6,659 bases of DNA, from positions 1 through 6,659 of the IMG/VR virus record IMGVR_UViG_3300029584_000073. The stretch is one strand, 5' to 3'. Both the position numbers and the translations under genes were made by a program. Positions 1-3,998 of this stretch are shown in pieces (position 1 is the stretch's first letter; each line of letters starts with the position of its first letter). The notes below the pieces were generated by a model. It did no database searches. It was not told where the DNA came from and saw only the letters and a list, made by a program, of their open reading frames with translations. The DNA comes from a virus.

Positions 1-99
1 ATAAAAAGCGTAAGCAGTTACAATAATGCCAGGTTTTTTTGCAGGTGCTGGTGGTGCGCTAATTGGTGGCGCACTTTCCGGCATCTCTAATTTATTCGG
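1..99. repeat. Terminal direct repeat, copy 1 (identical to 6561-6659). It is the assembly overlap of a circular genome.
   Basis: Base-by-base reading shows 1-99 (ataaaaagcgtaagcagttacaataatgcc...tttattcgg) repeated exactly at 6561-6659. The repeat cuts through two ORFs that only make sense when the sequence is circularised. Confidence 0.95.
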
Positions 100-1069
100 T
101 GGTCATTCTCAGAATCAGTCTGTTAAGAAACAGCTCGCGGCGGCGCGTGAAGAAGCAGAGAAGACCCGTAAATGGCAGACCTCTGAACGTGAGGCTCAAA
201 ATGATTGGAATTTTAAACTTTGGCAGGCTAATAATGAGTATAATACTCCTGCTGCTGTTCAGTCTCGTTTAAGAGCTGCCTATATTAACCCTGATTTATA
301 CGCTACTAATGGTGCGTTACAAGGTTCATCTGTTCAGGCACAAGGCGGTCATACTCCCTCTGGTCCTGTTGCTGACACTTCCGCATGGAATCGTTATAAA
401 CCTCTCGGAAGCATTGCTTCTCAGGCTCTTGCTGATACAGCCTTGTCTGCTCAAATAGCTAAGACTAATGCAGAGACTAAAGGTCAGGAACATACGAATG
501 ATATTCTTGCATCTGATGCTTCATTTAGAGATGCGTTTAATCAAGGTCAATTGGACACTATGGATAGTGTTATTCTTGTCAATGATAGTAAGGTAAATCT
601 TAATGATGCACAAGCTTCTGAAGCTCGCAGCATGGTCGAACAGATTAACGCTTCTATTCGTAAGATAGATTCGGAGATTGATCTTCTGGTTTCGAATGCT
701 GCTGATGTTGATAGTCGTATTTGGGAACGTCACGTTCGTGTGGCTTTGGATTCATTCATTGAACATGGTAAACTTAAGGTTATGCAAGGTCAGTTAGGTG
801 TCTCTAAAGAGAAGCTTAAAATTGCTTTCCAGGAACTTGCAGCACAATTACCTCTCATGAAATCTGATGAAAAACGGAATCAGGCTTTAGCTTCGTTCTA
901 TCAGGATTTAGGCTTTAAGGTAAACGCTGAAGCGGATCGTCTTCGCTTTGACCTTACGCAGGATATGGACTGGTCTGATTTCGAACGGACTATGAAACAG
1001 ATTCACCTGGTTCTTCGTGATGTCGCATCTTTTATACCTTTTGCTAATCCGCGTTCCTCGGAAGAATAA
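26..1069 (+). CDS. VP2: Microviridae VP2-like minor capsid / DNA pilot protein (347 aa)
   Basis: ATG at 26 overlaps the stop of the upstream ORF (TAATG). The N-terminus is Gly/Ala-rich and hydrophobic (MPGFFAGAGGALIGGALSGISNLFGG), followed by long helical, charged, coiled-coil-like segments. This is typical of microvirus pilot proteins. The gene sits just downstream of the capsid gene module and shares the T-rich third-codon bias of the other genes. Confidence 0.75.
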   Translation: MPGFFAGAGGALIGGALSGISNLFGGHSQNQSVKKQLAAAREEAEKTRKWQTSEREAQNDWNFKLWQANNEYNTPAAVQSRLRAAYINPDLYATNGALQGSSVQAQGGHTPSGPVADTSAWNRYKPLGSIASQALADTALSAQIAKTNAETKGQEHTNDILASDASFRDAFNQGQLDTMDSVILVNDSKVNLNDAQASEARSMVEQINASIRKIDSEIDLLVSNAADVDSRIWERHVRVALDSFIEHGKLKVMQGQLGVSKEKLKIAFQELAAQLPLMKSDEKRNQALASFYQDLGFKVNAEADRLRFDLTQDMDWSDFERTMKQIHLVLRDVASFIPFANPRSSEE

Positions 1070-1088
1070 CATTCTTTAACGCGAAACT

Positions 1089-1120
1089 TTTGATAAATAT
1101 ATAAGGAATGTCTATCTTTG
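1089..1120 (+). promoter_or_regulatory. Bacteroides-type promoter P1: TTTG (-33) N20 TATCTTTG (-7)
   Basis: TTTG at 1089-1092, a 20-nt spacer, then TATCTTTG at 1113-1120. This matches the published Bacteroides consensus TTTG / TAnnTTTG. It lies in one of only two non-coding gaps, ~47 nt upstream of the ATG at 1167. Confidence 0.6.
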
Positions 1121-1166
1121 TAGTGTTGAAAGAAATAAGATTATTAACCTTTTAAACATTACGATT

Positions 1167-1451
1167 ATGGACATTCTTTTGCAATTACAAAGTGCCAGGA
1201 AAAAGAAAACATTTTACGTTTGTGTTGAAAACTTGCCCGTTAACACTCTCTTGCGTGCTCTTCTTGAGCTAAATTTTTCGTCGGAGACACTTCGTGCCTT
1301 GCCTCTCATAGAGGAAAAACTTAATGATGATTTTTATGTTGCAGGCCTTATTGATAAATCATTTTGTAACCGAAAGGTTACATTTACTGTATCCTACGAC
1401 GATTTTCATCGTCGAGCTTGTGGACTGGGTGAAACATCCAGCATTGACTAA
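1167..1451 (+). CDS. Hypothetical protein, 94 aa (orphan accessory ORF with its own promoter)
   Basis: ATG-initiated ORF preceded by P1 and an A/T-rich leader. By hand count ~44% of its codons end in T, similar to a ~86-codon sample of VP1 (~43%), which supports real coding. I recognise no family motif. Confidence 0.55.
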   Translation: MDILLQLQSARKKKTFYVCVENLPVNTLLRALLELNFSSETLRALPLIEEKLNDDFYVAGLIDKSFCNRKVTFTVSYDDFHRRACGLGETSSID

Positions 1452-1478
1452 CTTGATATATGTAGCACAACTGACACA
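1449..1478 (+). promoter_or_regulatory. Putative (+)-strand replication origin / Rep nick site, phiX174-like core AACTTGATAT
   Basis: TAACTTGATATATGTAGCACAACTGACACA aligns without gaps to the phiX174 30-nt origin CAACTTGATATTAATAACACTATAGACCAC. The match is 19/30, including 10 contiguous identities (1450-1459) that cover the known G/A cleavage position, here G1455/A1456. Confidence 0.5.
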
Positions 1479-1509
1479 TTGCTCAGCTTGTGTGAATAGA
1501 TCTGAATGT

Positions 1510-1526
1510 GGAGCGCCTTGCGCTCC
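1510..1526 (+). other. Perfect stem-loop GGAGCGC-CTT-GCGCTCC (7-bp stem, 3-nt loop)
   Basis: Hand-checked pairing from 1510-1516 to 1520-1526, located in non-coding DNA downstream of the ORF94 stop. Confidence 0.8.
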
Positions 1527-1551
1527 CTTGTCCAATCAGGCTACAGCCTTA

Positions 1552-1568
1552 CGAAGTTCCCAACTTCG
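1552..1568 (+). other. Perfect stem-loop CGAAGTT-CCC-AACTTCG (7-bp stem, 3-nt loop), followed by T-rich sequence
   Basis: Hand-checked pairing of 1552-1558 with 1562-1568. It is followed by GTTTGCGTTCTT. The loop and 3' arm contain CAACTTCG, which resembles the CAACTTG origin core. Confidence 0.8.
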
Positions 1569-1691
1569 GTTTGCGTTCTTATCCATTCTGTCTCTACTTA
1601 TCGCAAACATCAAAGCATATTTTTCCTTTTTTCTTTCGAGACGTGCAATAAAACAATGCGTAGGGAAAAATAGCGTTTGGCGTTCTGTAGT

Positions 1692-1731
1692 AAACTATGT
1701 TAAACAAAGCGTAGCGACTTTAACATAGTTT
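1692..1731 (+). repeat. 13-bp perfect inverted repeat AAACTATGTTAAA N14 TTTAACATAGTTT
   Basis: Hand-checked: 1692-1704 is the reverse complement of 1719-1731. The 14-nt loop CAAAGCGTAGCGAC contains a GCGTAGC motif. The arm CTATGTTAAAC matches 9/11 of the E. coli dif XerD arm TTATGTTAAAT. Confidence 0.85.
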
Positions 1732-1767
1732 GGTACAGGTTGATAAACGATATTTTTAACTACACTT

Positions 1768-1775
1768 TATCTTTG
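1768..1775 (+). promoter_or_regulatory. Second TATCTTTG (-7 type) box: candidate promoter P2 for rep and downstream genes
   Basis: This octamer is identical to the P1 -7 box and matches TAnnTTTG. It lies ~210 nt upstream of the VP4 ATG. No well-spaced TTTG -33 element is present: GTTG sits 25 nt upstream and TTTG 35 nt upstream. Confidence 0.4.
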
Positions 1776-1804
1776 CACATCTTGAGAGATAAAAGGAAAT
1801 TATG

Positions 1805-1960
1805 AAATCGTGAGCGCGGTAGCGCGAACACCTCTCTGTCATCTTGGATGACGCCTCTGTATGTATTGCGTAGCGTAGCGAAGCGCGTTAGGGATAGGAG
1901 CGAGTATTCGCGAAGCGAATTTGTTTGAGCGGATAGCCCGACCCCTTTAGGGGTAACGCC
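1805..1960 (+). other. GC-rich structured island (candidate complementary-strand origin and/or structured 5' leader of rep)
   Basis: By hand count, 1811-1960 is about 55% G+C in a visibly AT-rich genome. The island contains the hairpins GTCATC-TTG-GATGAC (1838-1852), ATTCGC-GAA-GCGAAT (1906-1920) and ACCCC-TTTA-GGGGT (1941-1954). It also contains CGCG-GTAG-CGCG (1815-1826), the direct repeat GGATAG (1892-1897, 1931-1936) and many AGCG/GCGNA units. Confidence 0.7.
1868..1887 (+). repeat. Tandem pentamers GCGTA-GCGTA-GCGAA-GCGCG, forming three overlapping GCGNAGC mini-hairpin motifs
   Basis: Read directly: GCGTAGC at 1868-1874, GCGTAGC at 1873-1879, GCGAAGC at 1878-1884. Confidence 0.85.
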
Positions 1961-1986
1961 CAAATTAAAATTAAAAATTAAAAACT
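1961..1986 (+). promoter_or_regulatory. A-rich, SD-less translation leader of rep with short tandem AAATTA/AAAATTA units
   Basis: The sequence caaattaaaattaaaaattaaaaact lies immediately before the ATG at 1987. No GGAGG-like motif precedes any gene in the window, consistent with Bacteroidota-style initiation. Confidence 0.5.
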
Positions 1987-3384
1987 ATGACAAATATTCT
2001 TTGTGAAAAACCAAAATATATTTTAAATCCTGCTTTTAAAGATGCACTTTTGCAAACTGGAAAATATGTTTATGACGGAAATGCAACTTTTGTACCGGAA
2101 ATGCAACTCGCTGCATGGCGTTGGAACTTTCCGTATGCCCTGTTTTCGCCGAAAAACATTGATTTTCAAAACCTTGTGTCATGGCAAGACAGTTTTTATG
2201 CCATTGACCGCGATAGTGACGCCGTACCGATGTTCCTTGCGATTCCATGTCGTAAATGTAGTCTTTGTCGAAAGAGGAACGCCCGTGATTGGATGTTTCG
2301 AGCTGTTGCAGAAACGCAGTCGTCCCGTTCTGTCCCCTATTTTATTACCCTTACTTACAACCCCATACATCGCCCCGTGGACGGTGTAGATAAAAAACAT
2401 GTACAAGATTTTCTTAAGCGTTTGCGTCAGATTCTTATTAGAGACCATAACTATGATGAGAAAATTCGGTATTTTGCCGCCGCTGAGTATGGTAGCCATA
2501 CGAAATTGCCTCATTATCATCTTATTTTGTGGAATATGCCTATTCATATGTCTGCTATGGATGTTTACCAGGTTGTCCATCAAGCTTGGTCTGAACGAAA
2601 ACGAATTTATAATAAACTTACTCATCGCTTTGATTGGGATTATGTAGGCGAACTTGGATTTGTCTATTGTAAACCTTGTACTCAAGGTGGTATTCAATAT
2701 TGTATGAAATATATGCGTAAAGAAAGTGATGTTCCTAAAGGTTGTAAACCAACCTTTTACTTATCCTCCCGCCGTGGCGGCGGTCTTGGTTATAAATGGT
2801 GTCTTGATCATGTTATGTGGTTCTATCAGAATCCTGATGTTTTGACTGTTGAAATTGTTGACAAGTTCACAGGTGAACGTTTTACTTCTTATATTCCTGC
2901 ATATTTTCGTCGAAAACTTTATCCGACTCCCTCTATGCTTATTCGAAAAGAAATACGTGATACTATTCAGCTTGCTGATTACTTTTTATCACTTCGCGCT
3001 TGTCTTTGGCAGATACATCTTCGTATGCCTGATAAGAAAGTTAATGTAACTCGTAAACATCTTCAGGAAAAGTATCCTTTCTACAATTTTGACACTTGTG
3101 TAGAACGTTTCCCTCGCTTTATTTTTGATAATGCGAAGAATTTTTATGCTATTCATCAGGAAGATAGTCTTATCGTTATGGAACATATTCTTGAACCCCT
3201 TATAGCTATGCTTGAGGCTTACGAATTTGATCTCGAGTATTACAAAATGATGACTTCTGCTAAGCGTGAACATCATGAGTTTATGAGTGAATATATGTCA
3301 ACACAACCTGAGATTGATATAACGTATGTTAAATATAAAACAGATAATGAGAATATTCTTGCTATTTATAAAGAAACTTTGTAA
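1987..3384 (+). CDS. VP4: Microviridae VP4 / gene-A-type HUH rolling-circle replication initiator (465 aa)
   Basis: Motif I is YFITLTY (nt 2338-2358). The HUH motif is LPHYHLILW, with HYH at nt 2512-2520. The two-tyrosine motif III is YCMKYMRKESD (Y238/Y242, nt 2698-2712), close to phiX174 A protein YVAKYVNK. An N-terminal PCRKCSLCRK cysteine cluster lies at nt 2245-2268. Confidence 0.93.
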   Translation: MTNILCEKPKYILNPAFKDALLQTGKYVYDGNATFVPEMQLAAWRWNFPYALFSPKNIDFQNLVSWQDSFYAIDRDSDAVPMFLAIPCRKCSLCRKRNARDWMFRAVAETQSSRSVPYFITLTYNPIHRPVDGVDKKHVQDFLKRLRQILIRDHNYDEKIRYFAAAEYGSHTKLPHYHLILWNMPIHMSAMDVYQVVHQAWSERKRIYNKLTHRFDWDYVGELGFVYCKPCTQGGIQYCMKYMRKESDVPKGCKPTFYLSSRRGGGLGYKWCLDHVMWFYQNPDVLTVEIVDKFTGERFTSYIPAYFRRKLYPTPSMLIRKEIRDTIQLADYFLSLRACLWQIHLRMPDKKVNVTRKHLQEKYPFYNFDTCVERFPRFIFDNAKNFYAIHQEDSLIVMEHILEPLIAMLEAYEFDLEYYKMMTSAKREHHEFMSEYMSTQPEIDITYVKYKTDNENILAIYKETL

Positions 3385-3386
3385 CT

Positions 3387-3566
3387 ATGCCGTACATTTA
3401 TGCTAAGATATATCCGAAGGTGATGTTGAATTATGAAAAGGACAAGATTTCTTATCGCACCTTTGAAACTCTTGACGATTATATCTTATTTGTGAATTTT
3501 GAATTACCTGGACTCATGCAGGATGATTACCTGATAGTCCTATCTAATAATTTTTGTTTCACTTAA
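3387..3566 (+). CDS. Hypothetical small protein, 59 aa (below the ORF-track length cutoff)
   Basis: Hand translation gives MPYIYAKIYPKVMLNYEKDKISYRTFETLDDYILFVNFELPGLMQDDYLIVLSNNFCFT*. The ATG is 2 nt after the VP4 stop (TAACTATG). The ORF fills an otherwise unexplained 194-nt gap in a tightly packed genome. Confidence 0.45.
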   Translation: MPYIYAKIYPKVMLNYEKDKISYRTFETLDDYILFVNFELPGLMQDDYLIVLSNNFCFT

Positions 3567-3578
3567 AATTTTTACATT

Positions 3579-3803
3579 ATGGTAAAATTAAACGTAGATT
3601 GCTGTTCAGTCACAGCACAAGACAACGAACCTCGTGTTACTTTTACAACTCGTAAATTTCTGTCTGCTCAGGAAGAAATGCCGACTGTTGTTGTGGTTCG
3701 TGAACACATTCCCCTCTCTGCTGCTATGCAGTTGATTGTTACTGACCGTCAATTTCCTGACGGTATGTATGAACAATATCTAGTTGAGCCGGAAAATGAC
3801 TAA
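3579..3803 (+). CDS. Hypothetical acidic small protein, 74 aa
   Basis: ATG-initiated ORF in the rep-to-capsid gene string. Its stop overlaps the start of the next ORF (ATGACTAA). I recognise no motif. Confidence 0.5.
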   Translation: MVKLNVDCCSVTAQDNEPRVTFTTRKFLSAQEEMPTVVVVREHIPLSAAMQLIVTDRQFPDGMYEQYLVEPEND

Positions 3804-3996
3804 GCAACAGATTTATAAAATTATAGAGCTCGCGACTACTTTCATTTTAGGAGTAGCCGCGGCTATTCTTTTGGATAGCTGTACTGCTTCTATGTCCTTA
3901 TTTTGGAAAAACCAGAATTCTTCTCAGGGCACGCAACAGTCTACTACTACGCGTGTGGATACATTAAAAACTCCTGATATTAATGTCAATTTATAA
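3796..3996 (+). CDS. Small membrane / lipoprotein-like protein, 66 aa (from ATG 3796; the ORF track starts at TTG 3784)
   Basis: The protein begins MTKQQIYKIIELATTFILGVAAAILLDSC, with a basic N-terminus, an ~18-residue hydrophobic core, then LDSC (Cys29, nt 3880-3882), resembling a signal peptidase II lipobox. The tail is polar and Q/S/T-rich. The ATG overlaps the upstream stop, and the ORF's own stop lies 2 nt before the VP1 ATG. Confidence 0.6.
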   Translation: MTKQQIYKIIELATTFILGVAAAILLDSCTASMSLFWKNQNSSQGTQQSTTTRVDTLKTPDINVNL

Positions 3997-3998
3997 TT

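Noticed and set aside
1-99. Terminal direct repeats as a biological element (LTR, DTR or att duplication).
   Set aside because: The exact 99-nt identity at the extreme ends cuts through coding sequence. This is the standard signature of a circular contig assembled past its start. Microviridae genomes are circular ssDNA without terminal repeats.
1215-1230. A third TAnnTTTG match (TACGTTTG at 1215-1222) followed by TGTTGAAA. It echoes the P1 box context, and GTGTTGAAA also occurs at 1123-1131.
   Set aside because: It lies inside ORF94, has no -33 TTTG at the right spacing, and there is no downstream ORF start to serve. It is probably chance or a remnant duplication. It is worth a glance only if TSS mapping shows an internal start.
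1324-1728. 134-aa + strand ORF that overlaps ORF94 and extends 277 nt into the intergenic region. It could be a gene or a +1 frameshift extension of ORF94.
   Set aside because: Its only ATG lies in the +1 frame of ORF94, the stop-depleted frame. The downstream part has lower T3 bias (about 33% by hand count). It is also occupied by several perfect hairpins, the putative origin and the 13-bp inverted repeat, so it reads better as structured non-coding DNA. No slippery frameshift site is evident. The 92 stop-free codons are mildly unusual, so confidence in this rejection is moderate.
1802-1813. Mini-ORF ATGAAATCGTGA (M-K-S-stop) just after the P2 box, as a possible leader peptide.
   Set aside because: Three codons with no supporting context occur frequently by chance. 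There is no evidence of an attenuation-type arrangement.
1900-1912. GAGTATTCG, which resembles the CRESS-DNA or geminivirus nonanucleotide (TAGTATTAC / TAATATTAC) nick site.
   Set aside because: The match is only partial. It lies in the stem rather than the loop of the local hairpin. The encoded Rep is of the two-tyrosine phiX type, for which the AACTTGATAT site is a much better match.
1495-1960. A tRNA or other known small RNA gene, or a CRISPR array, in the non-coding region.
   Set aside because: The hairpins have 3-4-nt loops and no cloverleaf arrangement. No T-loop GTTCGAATC-like or D-loop signatures are present on either strand. The repeats are 5-13 nt with no regular repeat-spacer periodicity.
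1760-1963. 67-aa minus-strand ORF across the GC-rich island.
   Set aside because: It has a TTG start, sits on the opposite strand to every other gene and lies entirely within repeat- and hairpin-rich sequence. The open frame is most simply a by-product of the GCGNA repeats.
2399-2647. Hydrophobic +1-frame ORFs nested in real genes (2042-2389, 2399-2647, 2849-3049, 4309-4518, 5032-5244, 63-272, 6351-6551). They could be overprinted, phiX E-like lysis genes.
   Set aside because: All seven lie in the same +1 frame relative to their host gene. In that frame the T-rich sense third position becomes the second codon base. That forbids stop codons and forces F/L/I/V/M-rich products. Their openness and hydrophobicity are therefore expected from composition alone. 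This cannot be fully excluded without testing for suppressed synonymous variation in relatives. ORF 2399-2647 would be the first to test.
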